From the NCBI GenBank assembly GCA_012295275.1, contig CM022665.1, forward strand, positions 31,992,001 through 32,056,000: a DNA stretch of 64,000 bases, read 5' to 3'. This DNA is from Chrysomallon squamiferum. Lineage: Eukaryota; Animalia; Mollusca. A program made the translations under genes and the position numbers. Numbering within the stretch: the first letter of the stretch is position 1; each line of letters opens with the position of its first letter. The notes under the pieces were generated by a model that saw only the letters and a program-made list of their open reading frames with translations, was not told the origin of the DNA and searched no databases. Positions 1 to 14,293 of the stretch are shown here, in pieces.

Positions 1-1619
1 CAGGCATTTTAAGGATTTTTGGAGAGGGTTATTTTCTTTTGAGTCTTATATTTTCATGTTTTGGAGGTCCTGTTTTCAGTTCATCACATTAGAAATTATC
101 AGTTTAAAACTGATATGAAATCAATAATCCCTTTCTCTTGTGTTTGTTAATATCCTACCAAGTGAAATAAAGTTCACTTCACTTTAATACATTTCACATT
201 TTCATTTAAGAAAAAGTACACTTCATGATCTCCGTTTTGTGTGCAAATAACAACCTTGACCTTTTTGTGTTTACACACTAGGAATGAATTCTTAGTTTTA
301 AGTAACAGTTTCATTATTACTATCCAAATATGCTCTTCACTTAACTATTTTTACTTAATAAAACACTCACATTATTACATGAAAACATCCATATATTGTT
401 CATGGCCAATACTGACATATGATGCTGGTGCTTCTGTCTTATTCCATTATAACCAAAACATTCAGTTTCCTACTGCTGCAGAAATAACATTGTCAACAAA
501 ACAGAATTATTATTATTATTATTAAAATATTCACATTATACTCAGCTCACTTCAAAGTGAAAATTTAATGACTTTGCATCATGCAAGTCAATATGCTTAT
601 AGCACACACAACCTATGGGACAACCATGGCTGTTCACAGCTCAATATTGTAATAAAAATCTTTACTCAAAAACTTCTCAGAGAATAAAGCAACATTTCCA
701 TGACTGGGATGAAATATTCATTATCTATACACCTGCAGTAACCCATTTCTCACAACATTTATCATTGATATGCATGCATACTTCAACAATAACCATCTAG
801 TAACTCTCCAAGCATATCTCCTGGCACATAAAAACAAATGGTAAAAAAACCAAAAAAAACATCTATGAAACCTTGGACAAGAGAACTGGCCAAAGCTTTT
901 CACCTGTTATCACCTTTCTCAGACCAAGGAGAGCATGGCATTAGTGTATATACATATCATAAAATCTGCAGGCCAAAAAAAAATATATCATGATGGGCCA
1001 AGGAAATGTCTGTAATACTCTATCATACACTGAAAATGCTACTGTGGTACATAATTCAAGGTTACTTATTTGTAATAGTCTGTTAACATTCCTACTATAA
1101 GGATCATTGGTAATGTTGAGTGCAAATGCATTACTGAACCAGTGACATAAGTACATCTTCAATAATACCTGGTCTCAGAGTTCACATCAATGGCTTCTTA
1201 TTATTAGCACTGAATATATTATGAGTATACCTCAGAGACACAATGAATATCATTATATGTTGTCAGTTCCAGCAGATAACGTTGTTGTAGAATTATGTCA
1301 GTTCTAGTAAACAGTGTTGTTGTAGAATGTTGTAACATCAGTCAGAATGCTGTGTGGTTGGACATCATAATGTTAAAAGTGACATATAAACCTGTTATGT
1401 CACACTGCTGATAGATACAACATAAATGCTGTCTCTACTCAAAGCAGAATGCTGTCATGAAATGCTGACTGCACAGTTACACAAAACAGTGTTGTCTTTT
1501 CAACTGAATTATTAAGCCATGAAAACAATGAAAATAATTATTAATTGTTTAAAAAAAATTATTTATTATTTTCATCAAAATAACTGCTGCCTTGCAAAAA
1601 AAATTGTGGAATTTAGCTC

Positions 1620-2900
1620 TCTAACAAGATAATAAATATTTTTTTAAAAACCATTATGGAAATATTCCAGTTAGCTGATCACAAACATTATTTGAAAAAA
1701 TGGCTCTTTTCTTTTGAAATACTAGCAGGATTCTGTCAACATATAATCAATTGCATCCAAATCACTGATTACATAAACTCCATTTTCTTCAATGTGCAGT
1801 GGGATGTAATCATAGCAATCATGATGTGAATGCTAATTTTTAGGATCCAGACAATCTCAGAATATGAAGAAAAATTCATTTATACTCCTACACAAAGCAC
1901 AAAATACCTACAAATATTTATAAAGCTATTTTGGCTACATATTACCAAAATCAATTTTAAATTATCATTGAACATATATAGAAGTACATTTCCAAGAATT
2001 TTCATTTTCAGAATTGTAAAGCCAAATATATATCAGAACAATAACCTTTGTAGCACCTCAGTAACAGATCCATTTATGTATTATTTACACAAAGAATGTG
2101 CTGTCAACTGTCAAACAAAGGAAAAAGATCCTCATCTTATGGATAAAAGATTAATGCAGACACAAAATAATATACATGTATTTGCTGGCATGGAAACAGA
2201 AATGACACTGAAAATCTGAAAGCTGTCTTCCTGTATTTCCATCAAAGTTTCTCAGTAATTCAAGACACTGGGTGTAAACAAGGTTGACTAAGCTGTGTAA
2301 ATTTCAAATACATTGGCTTCTTTGAAATAAAACCCCTTCCACTGCTGTCTCCTCAAAACATTTTCAATTCCAGATGGTAACTGGGAGTAGGTTTGTAATA
2401 TATACAAGGTATATCCCAACTACACAAACATGGCATTGTTAGTTTTATTTCAGTGATCATCAAACTATGATGATGTTTGAATAAGCTATGTAGACTATAC
2501 ATAAAGTTGCAGGAATCATTCAACAGATATCTGGGAACCTTGAACATGTAAAACTCCACAGCAGTATATCCTTGTTTATCAAAAGTCGAATAATGGTAAC
2601 AAACCCATTAAAATATTAAAAACTTTAACTCCATGCACAGTGCAATGCAATAACAAATCCAGACAGATAAATGCTTTCTCAGTGTTTATCTTTCTTATAA
2701 CAGCATTAAACTACATGTATCTTCATTAAAAATATATCAACAACAGCACTCTGCCTTTCATTTACAATAATAATAAAATATTCATTAAGTTGATTGTCTA
2801 TCTGGAGCAGGAATGATAACAAAGGTAATTTGTGTTCACAAAGATAAATCAATTTTTACAAAAATGATAATACTGCCAAGAAAGCTCATTAAGTATTATA
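1620..2900 (-). pseudogene. Probable decayed coding sequence, unknown family
   Basis: Adjacent open minus-strand segments of ~40-75 codons linked by frameshifts (NAVIRKINTEKAFICLDLLLHCTVHGVKVF; FDKQGYTAVEFYMFKVPRYLL; SGIENVLRRQQWKGFYFKEANVFEIY; VNLVYTQCLELLRNFDGNTGRQLF; HDCYDYIPLHIEENGVYVISDLDAIDYMLTESC). The region lacks the simple repeats of its flanks. Confidence 0.4.
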
Positions 2901-4954
2901 AAAATGGAGTGTCTTCAGAAGACATTTTCAGCACAAAAGATTTCTGAATGTGACTCAACACAAAGACTATTAAAACACTGAAAGTCTGGTTGGAGGAAGA
3001 TTAGAACAAGCAGAAAGAAAAAAAAAATCTCTATACAAAAAACTCAATAGTTACATGACCCTGAAACATGCAGGTTTTAAAAGATTTATGGCAGTGAGAT
3101 ATTGCCTGTATCTGTTGCCTGTACAATACAACAAGGTTATTGTCTTGATTTGGAATCAATAATGAAGTAATACCTGAGAGTCATTATAATAATGATGTCC
3201 ACACACCTGTATAGATGTAATTAAAAAGCAGCTGAAGCACACCTGTGACTTTCATTTCAAGGTCATATCATAAGAATTTTTTAGAATCATTCCATTTATT
3301 TTTTTATTTTTTTTTAAAGTGGCATTTATGTGTCAGCTAAAAAACAAAATTATTTCCAGATGTGATACACTAATTAGCCAATTCTTCTTTTTTCTATTTA
3401 TGTTTTAAATTCTTTCAACTTATTGTTTTTCTTTATTGACAAGTAATTTAGTGTTAATTTTTAAGTATTCTGACAGATTAATATCTTATTGATTTACTGT
3501 TTGCTTAAAACAAGAACAAAAAATCTAATGAAAAACATTCTAAAGAACAAAAGAAAACAATTTCTTTTTCTTTTTCATTGTCTAATTTTCTGAAAGGATT
3601 CATTTAATAAAAATTATATAAATTTATAAAAAATTATAAACTTGTAACTTTAATAATGTTTATACAAAATATTGTATGTGAATGTATAGAAAAATTCAAA
3701 TTCAAATTTCAAAAGAGAAACAATTTGTATAATAAACATAAGACTTCTATTGCAAGTTCAATGATTAAAAGAAATTTAGCTAATTCTTGGAATAGTCTAA
3801 AAAACCTATCTTTTCAAATAATAACATTAATAATAATAATAATAGTAATAGTAGTAAGAAGCAGAAGAAAATGTCAATGTAAAAAAACAGAAGTAAAAAC
3901 CAGAAAAGGTTTCACATACTTTGTATTTCAATTCGTTCTTCCTACAGTCTAAATAATCAAGAAACTAATGGTTCTGGTCATAAAAAACTAATTGTGGAAG
4001 TCTGCTTAAAGTTTAGACTGAAGAGATCAAAGGAAGTAATCACTCTGAAGTAAAATCTATTCTGATACCACATGAAGAAACAAACAAAAGTAATAGAAAA
4101 ACTAACATAAGTTTGTAGATTATCTGTATTTTGTCTTTCTCACTTTCATTTGCTGTAATGAATACTTTATAAAATCATTTATTTTCATTTTTTTTCTTTT
4201 TCTTCTTCTTTTTAATTTCTTTTTTTTTTTCTGTTGTCAGAATAATGCCACTGGCAGTGTATTACTACAGAGATGAAAATAGCCAATCACTCATTCTTTA
4301 GCTTTATATGAATAAAACAGATGAAAAAAGTATGTGAAAATGAAAATGAGAAATTATAGAGTTTTAATTAAAACCTGTAAGAGACTATTGTATTTACAGA
4401 TGCTGTATTAGGCTTCCAATATACTTGTATGAAAAATGTATTAGCCGATATATAAGTCTTTCCATATATCTGTTTTAGAGATATTACATTAACACATTTA
4501 ATAAGGCTTTCAATATATAAATACAATAATGTGCTTTGCATGGGTTATTTTTTCAATACATGGCTCAGAAAATTATTTAAGGCTGCCTTTTCAGGGCATA
4601 ATCTATAAATATGAGTTCAATTCTAAACAAAATTAATCAAGAAATCTCCATAACAGTAACCATGCAGATAATAAAGCAAATGTGAAATATATAAAAATTT
4701 TGTTTATAACCATTGCTATAAACAATTTGGTAATAAATTTCAGTGACTTTGTATACAAAATATCACTCAATCTGACAAAAACTAAAAATATGTTAGCACA
4801 TAGTGAAAAAAAAGAAAATTGATTTAACAGCCTTAATCCTCTTTATGTAAATGTAGTTCACCTCATACTCATAATACAAATTTCTAAACTTACATACAAA
4901 ACACCAGTTATTAATGTCATATAATTTTAAATTTGGTTAAACCTAAAATGTTGT

Positions 4955-5430
4955 TAGTAAGTTAGTAATAAAAGAATTTGAGTCATACATTTCATAATAA
5001 ATGGTCTGGGTAAAAAATTAATTCTGTGAGGTCTTAACCATTATACTACTGGGCATACAATTACATTATCAGTGAAAATAAGTTAGTAATGAAAGAGTTA
5101 AATGAGTATCCTTAATTCTGTGATATCCTGAATCTTAACCAGTGCCACACGACCTGTAATAGCATATCAGCAATAACATGTTATTGACAAACAGAATTAA
5201 GGAAGTATCCTTAGTTTTGTGAACTTTTTAATCATTGCAACACCTTACTACAATTACATAATAAATTAGTAATCAAAGAGATGTGAGAATATCTTTAATT
5301 CTGTGAAGTACTGAGTCTTAATCATTGCAAAACATTACTATAGTTACATATTAATGATAAGTTAGTGATAAAAGAATTAAGGAAGTATTCTTAATTCTGT
5401 GAAGTCTTGAAACACTGGGCCTGCAGTTAC
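4955..5430. repeat. Degenerate ~95-bp minisatellite, ~5 units
   Basis: TTAATTCTGTGA anchor at ~5018, 5112, 5211, 5295 and 5391, with a recurring AGTTAGTAAT.AAAGA motif. Confidence 0.8.
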
Positions 5431-5663
5431 TCTATATCCACAACACACTGAAACTTCATCTCTTATACAACTGTGAAAAATTTAGACAAAGGTTAAAACT
5501 TGATCTGTCTAACAATAACAGCAGCTGATGGCACTGAAGGAAGATAGAGAAATACTTCATCATGCCTAGTGAGATCAAAGAAATTGTCTACTTTCAGAGT
5601 AAACACTTAACCCAAACATAGAAATAATCAACCTGTCAAAGTCTGCAGATAACAGTATCCATA

Positions 5664-5748
5664 GTGTGTGAGTGTGTGTGTGTGTGTGAGAGAGAAAAGA
5701 GAGAGAGAGACAGACATACAGACAGACAGACAAACAGACAGAGAGAGA
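5664..5748. repeat. Compound microsatellite (TG)n(GA)n(GACA)n
   Basis: Directly visible. Confidence 0.9.
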
Positions 5749-7513
5749 GAAGTTGAATTTATGGGATGTGGTATTTAATATTAGAGTTTCTGATGTATTT
5801 TTCATTTTTAATAAATGTATGTGTGTATATACAATCATAAATATCATACATATTAATATGCACATGTGTTTGTGTGTATTTATGATTATGTATAACACAT
5901 ACAGTTATTAAAAATGAAAGATTTAAAGTAATAATTTCATTTAAATCATACACAGAAAGTTTAAAAAAAACATATTATGTTATATAAAAGATTTCAGTGC
6001 AGATGTCATACAGATGTTCTTGAAACAATGTTTTGCTTATATCTGAGAACTAAGAGTTAAATTCTTTCTTAACTGAGATGAAAGAGAACAATATTTTGTT
6101 TATTGTACTAATATTTAGGCAAACATGTAAGAACAGCTGCATAACAAATGCAAAACAATGTAAGAAAACAAACCAATGATTTTTGGGACATTTGTCTCTG
6201 ATATATGTTTCTGGCAGAGGGGAAGAGAACAAAATTTTAAATTTTTAACCACTAAAATTTAATTTTATTACTTCACTTTTAAATGGAACAGTTTGTAAAT
6301 CACTGGTAGAATATCATGTGAACAGCAGAGTGTCAAAGGATCAATTCTTCTTTGTGTACTATTGGATTAATTCCTGTTCTAGTTACTGCTCCTTGACAGG
6401 TGTAAAAGTGGTAACCTGTGAGAAAATGCATACAAAGAATTGTTGATGCACATTGTAATAATAGCACATAGTGTGGTAACAGCTGTTTTTTGTTTATCAG
6501 AACACTGTACTCTTATTGTTCTAAAATTACTATCACACAAAGACTGAATAACAATTTATGAAAAAGGTGGGTGCCATCTTGTGATGAAAATTACTTTCAA
6601 CTCCCTCCCAAAAAGAAGAAATAATAATAATAATTAATATATGTATTAGTTGGAGAAAACACATAAAAGATGCATTTCAACAACAACAAGAACACACACA
6701 CACACACACACATTTATACAACTACGTATGTAACATTTAACAAAGGTACCAAAACCAAACATAACAAATTCAGTTCCAGTATCTTCCACACAATAAAACT
6801 TTACTATGTTATTTATTTAATGCTTTTGCCATGACTGTATATTCTGATAGCATTCAAATTTAAACTTCAAAGCCACAAGAAGTGAATTATAAAAAGACCA
6901 AAACCCCAAGCAAATGAAAAAAGATCAGAGGCAACCATCAAACAGAAAAGATCTACCTTTTTCAAAGCTAAACTATAAACAGAAAGGTAAGGAGACCAAA
7001 AAAAAAAAAAAAAAAACATAAGGAAGAAACAGTTCTAAGTCAGTTTTTTATAGTACAAAGCCAAACAGATGGTGATAAAGATCTCAACCATTCTGAAAGA
7101 AAACTTCCCTCATGGAGGATTGTGTTTACCCAATTTAATTCACACTTAGACTTCTCCATAACAAACTCTGTCTATAGTATGTATATGTTTGGGTAAGATG
7201 AATTTCCACTCTGGCAGATGACCAGTTTCTTTAAGACCAATGTCCATGCTGATGTTTGAAGAAATGTATTTTCTTGCTGGCTTTTCGCTAATGTATGGGA
7301 TTTTGATCACAACTTGGCTCAGACATCCAATATGCATATGCTAAGTGTGTTGGGAATGGAGATAATGTTCATATGTGTAGGTGTTTTGGTTGAGATTGTT
7401 AAGACTGCAATATCAGTTCAAAGATTTATAGGATAATGAAAGGACTGCCACAACAAAATTTACTCTTTCTCTCTTTGACAGTTTATTTATTTCTCTCCAC
7501 ATCTATCTCTCTA

Positions 7514-7552
<39 letters not shown>

Positions 7553-7839
7553 TACATAGCAAGCCAGTAAAAAAACAAATCAATATTAATTTAAGGCAGT
7601 CTTGATGAAATCTTAATATATCTTAGTAATGGCAATTGCTATATATCAAACATAAATGTTTGACTTTTATTCACTAATCATGAACTATTAGAAGGGGAAA
7701 CAGCCTGTGCTACAGAGAACTGATCCTGCGACTGTCAAGTAAGCCTTTCCACACTCAGGTAGATCATATCTTAGTTAATTGTGTCACAAGAAAATGGTTG
7801 GAGTTTGAAACAGTAAAATAAAATGTTCATATGAAATGA

Positions 7840-7900
7840 AATGATCCCATGACCTATAGTACCTGAGATGAGTGCTCTATCACTTAGCTCCAGCCCATCT
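7840..7900 (-). mobile_element. SINE tRNA-like head fragment
   Basis: Minus: GGGCTGGAGCTAAGTGATAGAGCACTCATCTCAGGTACTATAGGTCATGGGATCA, with A box and partial B box. Confidence 0.6.
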
Positions 7901-10714
7901 GAGCTGATATTACTGTAAACTTCTCTTATCTGCATCCCAACTGCCAAACACTGCACATTGTTTGCACTGATGTATCCACAGATAGACTGTCTGAGCATTC
8001 ACCTTTCTTATACCCATCTCCTATTTCTACAGTTTCTTAAATTACCTCCCTAAATCTTTTGGTTTACTCATTATTCACCCCCAAGCTTTACTGTTGTAGT
8101 TTACTACTGGTGCTGCTGCAATAGTCATCACTCACAGCCAGAAACCATGTGTATCCATGACAAATTGACTCAAAACTTTATAGTTGAAACTGGATGCACA
8201 GTTTTAGTTATAAAAGCTCAAACAAGTTTGAAAAATAACAACAGCTGCCTGCCACTGAAGTGCAGCTTTTATTGCAGGTTACAATTTTTACTTGCCAGAT
8301 GCTATTAAAATTATAAGAAAGTTATCAAGATTGTATAGTTTTGGTGTATACAAAATGATAACTTGAGATCAATGGTCTAGACATTTACAGGATGAACTTT
8401 ATGTGTGCAGCAAAATATCTTTTAAAGCTGACCTCAGACATGATAACATTTACCTTGGCACTCCTATTATGAGGTGACAGAAAGATGTAAAAATGCCACA
8501 AACAAACAAATAAAATGAATTTATAGTTAATCCTGTCACTGTGTAAACAAAATTAGTCATTGCAGTGCAACCCCAGAGATCTGCAGCACTTGCTGGATCT
8601 GATATGATGTTTGGGAGTCTCTAGGGGGGGTGTCCACTTTCACAATATAATAAGAAGTATTTTTAAGCATGTGGGGTAAATCCATTTTCTGCAGCTAATG
8701 GTAATAAAATTCTGAGTGGATATATCAACTTATTTCCAGAAATTGGTTTCTGATATCTTAGCTGATTTTAAAATTAAGAGAGTAAAAAAAATCTGTCATT
8801 TGATAAACTAGTCTTATTTACACCTTCTCACATAAACTTTACCCCCCTCCCCCACCAAAAAGAAAACAATGCAAAAACACTTTGTAATTTAGATTTTGTC
8901 ATGCTCAATTATGAAGCTACTTTTTATTTAAACAATGAATTTAATTCTAAACTTTATTTTTTCATTTTACTGTCATGTACATTTTCAAGAATTTTACTAT
9001 TTACATTGTTTTACAAAGAACATCTACTTTATAAAGGTGATGCACGTATTATTAAAAATCTGTATATAATTAACCCACTGACATACATTGTTCTCACCAG
9101 ACACAACCAGTTGTTTCAAAAAAGTAACTGAACATTTTCCATACACCACAAACATCAAAACTTGAGTGGGTTGTAAAAATCATTATGTGAATTGCTGTAA
9201 CAGAACACATGGCAATGACCGAGAGAAGAAGAAAAAATTATTGTATTCCTAAAGTGTCATGTTTTCCATGATTACTTTTTTTTTTAATATTCTTTTTGGT
9301 TTTACTGTTTTATTTATTCAGCAGACAATAACCATTTGGTGAGCATAAAATAAAAAAAATAAGCTAGAAACAATGTCTCATTACTGTAAACAATGACGAT
9401 AAAATATTTTTGGGTCATAAAGAGAAAGTTTTGTTGTGACTTGGTTATTTCTGAATTAGGCTCAATTTTGAGAAAATGAAGAAAAAAATTCAGATTTCAC
9501 ATAAAAAAGTTTTGCTGATCCTTGATGAAGATTATGGTTTGATTATATTAAATTATTTCAACATGTTTAGTTATGAACAATTTGTTATTTTAAATAGAAT
9601 ATGTAAAAAGACAACAAGTTAAACTTGAAATCTTGCCAATTTGTGAAACAATATGCTGTGTCTTGGCATTAACATTTTCTTAAACTACTTTCAGTTCCAA
9701 TCCATTACCAACAATATAATGTATCAAAAACTGTTTTACTGTCTGCTCATATAAAATCATCTTTGCTATTAATCAATAAGGACAGCTCCTGGAGCAGTAA
9801 AAATGGATATACTTTCTCAGAAATCATCATTACATAAAAACTGTAATAAGAAAACTGTAATAAGGAAACTGTAATCTGATATCTGAGTCATTCAGTATAT
9901 TTTGATATTTAATTCAAACTGGTTATTATTCTTAGAATTTAGAGTTATTTTTAAATGTTAAAAAGATAATAAATTACGAAAATAAAAAAGTTTAAATTAT
10001 ATCTTCAAAATAACACAAAATTAATATCTTGGATCTATTTGAATCATAATCTAAGCAACAATGATGAATCCTAATAAATCCTAATCCACGCAACAATAAT
10101 CCTCTTTAGAACAGAATCTGTTCAAAGTTGTCTTCAGTTCACTAGGATCATTTATGTTAAACATTTACTGTTCATATTCTGAGGAATTTAGTTATGTTTG
10201 TTTAACATTTCATGTGGCCATCATCATCCAAATAAATCATCATGACCCTCTTTTGTTGCCTACCTCATTTTTTAATTTTTTTTTCTTGAAAACTCTTTGC
10301 CCTATCTACTACTGAGTGATAGCTCAAATTCAAAAGTTCAAACAAAAGTGTAAGGTGAGAATGACAAAAGGCAAACTAAGCTAACACATGGAAATGTAAT
10401 AAACAGGTACAGACAAGGCTATAAGTCATCTGGCACACGCTACAATCATTTTTCTGTCAAGCTTCTGCAAAAGTAATCATACAATTTGAGGAAATCATTT
10501 TTTTTTTTGGTGGCTTTTTATTTGGTCAGCTTGTTTATTTCTCTTACAAATTGTGTCTGTAGTGCTGGTATTTTGGAAAATATAAACGTGGATAAGCAAT
10601 AAAACACCCACCACAACCTCATGAAAATATATGTTTTTAAAAATAAAAAATATATTACACATCATCAATATACTGTATAAAGCATGAGTGGTGCTGTTAT
10701 GTGTACAAGATCCT

Positions 10715-11185
10715 GATTAACCATATGGTCTCTTGTAAGTAAGATTTGGTTAACCACATTAACCCTATTATGTAAAAGATGGTTAACCATAGTGTTCTAA
10801 AGTGTAAAATTTAGTTAACCATTCTGACCTAATATGTAAAACTTGGTTAACCATGCTGACCTAGAAATGTAAAATATATTTAACTATACAGACCTAAATA
10901 TGTAAAACTTTATTAATCATGTAAATCTTATTATGTAAAAAGTTTAACCATGTTCACCTTAATATGCAAAACAAGGTTAATTATACTCTACCTAACATGT
11001 TAAAAATCTGCTAACCATATATATCCTGTTATGGCCAGCTATAATATATTATGGTAAAATACTGTCAAGAATACAGACCCTAATATATTAAAAAGGGTTA
11101 ACCATACTGACTTAGATATGTAAAATGTGGCTAACTATAACAATCCTAAAATTGTAAAACAGTATTAAACATAATATGTAAAAAT
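10715..11185. repeat. Degenerate ~30-bp minisatellite, ~15 units
   Basis: Consensus approximately TTGGTTAACCATGCTGACCTAATATGTAAAA. Confidence 0.85.
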
Positions 11186-11964
11186 CTGTGTATATGTGAT
11201 GGTTAATAAAACAACAGCAAGACAGACAACCAGAATTTTAGATGGAGAATCTCTTTAACACTCTTTCTGCCACTGTTCTAAGAATGTCTATTTGCAGCTG
11301 TTAAACAAATTTTCTCTCATTCATTAAATGAACTTTGTCCACTTCAACTACTCAGTAGATGTTTTCTGCAATTATTAAATTACAATTGTGTTTTTTTGTG
11401 CTTCCCTTGAGACATACTTTAAAGACTTCCTCAGTGAGAGATTTTTTTTTGTCCTTTTCCCAAGTGAAGATAATATAGATGTACTGGATGATGTCATAAT
11501 GACATAACTATCTTTTTCTTCACTTTTTTTTTTTTAATTACAAATTATATATAAAAAAAAAAAATAAAAAAAAATAAAAAACATGCATGTAAGCAGCATA
11601 ATACATTTTTAAGGTGAACATACCGGTTTATGAAGGAACAAAATTTCATGGTTTTGCTACATTAAGGTTGTATGTGTGGGCTGTTTTTATTTTATTTTTG
11701 TGCATATATGTGTGGAATTATTTATTTATTTATTAATTATTATTATTATTATTATTATTTATTTATTTTTTTTTTTTTTTTTAATGGTCTTTGGTATATA
11801 ATGTACAATTAATTTAAAGAAAAACAAGCTTTACTTACAATGAAATAAAAATTAAAAAAACATAATAACAATTTCATTATTACAGCTTTATCAAAATATA
11901 ACTTCCTACTCAGTAAGAAAGTAATGATAAATAAATGAAGACATTTTAGGATATTTGTGTAAGA

Positions 11965-12090
11965 TGATATGAAAGAAGGTAAACCTGCCACTCTTATTAG
12001 TAAGCAAAACAGAATGTATTTACAGACTCCTCCCCATAGATGGGAAAAGACATATATGGCCTTTGATAAACCAACTGTTAGGCAAGCACT
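11965..12090 (-). mobile_element. SINE central/3' fragment (same family as 15030-15390)
   Basis: Plus text CCCCATAGATGGGAAAAGACATATATGGCCTTTGATAAACCA matches the 15250-15290 block. Confidence 0.55.
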
Positions 12091-12819
12091 TAAAAGAGAA
12101 TAGTTCTGTAGGTATATCAAGGAGCAATCATTTGACAAATCTTCTCACAGCACACACACATGTATGTAATTTTCAATTTTTATCACATTCATAATATAAA
12201 ACATATTCTAATCATTAGGAATGAACAATTGTTTGAATGCAATTACTTATTTGATACAAGGTACAATTACAATTCTTAAGAAGAATCAGTCTTGTCTGAA
12301 ATGATGTTCATCTCTTTATTTCTTACATAATAATGAATGGGATTTGTCTGCCTCAGTTCCTTTCTCTGACAGCAATAAACCAGTTTTCACTGCTGCCATT
12401 AAGTAATTTTATAGTTATTGTCAATATGCCACTACAGTACAAACACCATAAACAGCATCATTTCCATTACATCCTAAACTGTATGAATAAATGGATAGAC
12501 TGATGAACTGATTTATGGATGGATGGATAGTCAGGCAGTTGAATAGATGGATGAATAGTTCGTTCATGTATGCATTGGTATTTGGATTAACAAATTAACA
12601 ACTATTTTATAAACCTATAAATGAGTGAAATAACAAGTAAAAAACTGTATATTTCTGGTTACCACAAATCTATGGCCTGCATCAACCCCTCAGTAACAAG
12701 ATGTGTCTTATTTCCAATTGCCCTTTGTGAGGAAAATAAAAACCATCTTTGTTTTAACTACTGCTTCAGATTTCCAGATATAACCTGCCAAATATATGAT
12801 TTCTGAAATAACAACATGT

Positions 12820-13135
12820 ACCAAGAGAAACCAACTACTACACCATTATGGGATATTCCTACAAAGTTAACCTCTATTTCTACTAATTTTAATAAATGCA
12901 ATTAGAACAGAAAGCCATTACCCCATTATGGGCTATTCCTACAAATTAACAATATCTAGACAGAAACAAAACTAGCTGCTACCTCATTATGGGCTACTCC
13001 TACAAAGTTAACAACATACTGATAGAGAAAAATCCCAGCTACTACAGATTTATGGGTTACTCCCAAACATTCAGCAATGTGTAGACAGAAAAGAAACCAG
13101 CTGATATTCTCTTGTGGGTTATATCAAACCAACAA
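12820..13135. repeat. ~63-bp tandem array, ~5 units, similar to the SINE 3' tail
   Basis: Recurrent AGAAA..CCAGCT(A/G)CTAC.CATTATGGGCTACTCCTACAAAGTTAACAA, similar to 15170-15225. Confidence 0.75.
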
Positions 13136-13159
13136 AGAAAAGATATATATTTTTATCTT

Positions 13160-13285
13160 TGATATCAGTTATGGTTCACTTCTGTCTGGCTATTTCCTAT
13201 GACAACCAGTGCCCCATGAATGGTGTATCAAATGCTATGGTGTGTGTTTTCCTGCCTACTGAAAGGGACATTAAAAAAAGAATTG
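13160..13285 (+). mobile_element. SINE central fragment
   Basis: GGCTATTTCCTATGACAACCAGTGCCCCATGAATGGTGTATCAAATGCTATGGTGTGTGTTTTCCTGCCTACTGAAAGGGACATTAAAAAA, the reverse-complement homolog of 15235-15305. Confidence 0.65.
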
Positions 13286-13619
13286 ATGGTCCATGGAGAG
13301 GATTCCTCTGTGATATCAGAATTACACAAGAAACATATGAAATGAGTATTCCATGAACTTTCATTTTTTATGGGTAGCAGACAGATGAATATAGGGAAAA
13401 GATCTGTTAATAAAATAACTTCTAATTTAAAAAATTTAAAAATTTACTTTAAAAATTAAAGAAAAAAGTAAAATCAAGACATCTTTCTCTACAAAAAAAC
13501 ACAACAAAACAAAACAAAAAAAAGTTATAATATGCTATAGCAAGCAAATGGGTTTCTCCATCTATTTCAACAATGTCAAATTACAAAATTTAACTAAAAA
13601 AACAGATACCATTTTTCAA

Positions 13620-14293
13620 AACTTAAGAGCTCAAAAGAACTCTTCTAAGAAGAAGGTAAGATGTTCTAAAGCAGCTGTTTGTACATCTGACTTCAGTTAC
13701 CTTAGTAAAAATAGACACACTTCTGTCATCCATTCTAGAATTTTCCCCAAACAGGTGACATCTGTCTTTCACTCTTTTCTTATACAACATAACTTTTTTC
13801 TTCCCCCTACCACTTTGACAGAGGAAACATATAAATATTTTGACAGTCTCTGCATGTATAACAGTTTAGAAGATGTTCTGGGTCATTTTGAAACCATTAA
13901 AAGACTCCAGCATATCAGAGGATCAATTTCAATTCAACAAACAGCTTTCTACAACAGAGCTCTTACATCACCTGTTTAGTAAGCATGCAGACCTGGGAGG
14001 TTGCACAGCAGTAAATCTAGATGTGGCTGTGATGAAATTATCATAAATTTGACTTTGTTTTATAAAGGCCATTAGATAGGAAATCATAATACATCTATAA
14101 AAAATGAAGAAGGATAAGTAAAATAGTATATACATATATGTAGGCATACACATACACAAACATTCTCATAGAAAACCATTTTCTTCACACCAGTCTCTGA
14201 GGACACAAATATTATATCATTATCATCACCATCATTAACTGTTCTTAGTTTATTAGGCTGAAGAGATAAAATGAAACTGTGGAAATCAGCCAT
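13620..14293 (-). pseudogene. Possible decayed gene with a 61-nt first intron (alternatively a third phase-0 first exon, 14293-14156)
   Basis: aaaATGG start, 46 open codons (MADFHSFILSLQPNKLRTVNDGDDNDIIFVSSETGVKKMVFYENVC), donor TGT|GTATGT at 14155, strong acceptor CTTATCCTTCTTCATTTTTTATAG| at 14095. Downstream frames are interrupted. Confidence 0.35.

Noticed and set aside
6260-6450. Minus-strand acceptor TTTTCTCACAG|GTTACC as a possible shared exon
   Set aside because: All frames stop within 30 codons and no good donor follows.
7140-7440. Possible LINE (I/Nimb-like) relic on the minus strand
   Set aside because: Only vague motif resemblance (HLAYAYWM, LPEWKF); not supportable without a search.
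8454-8560. 35-codon ATG frame ending at AAG|GTAAAT (minus)
   Set aside because: Phase 2, moderate donor, partly low-complexity; compatible with chance.
10715-11185. ~30-bp palindromic repeat as a CRISPR-like array
   Set aside because: Units are contiguous and degenerate with no unique spacers; eukaryotic minisatellite.
13548-13979. Longest ORF in the track (143 aa, plus)
   Set aside because: No recognisable domain or splice context; more likely the antisense shadow of a decayed minus-strand sequence.
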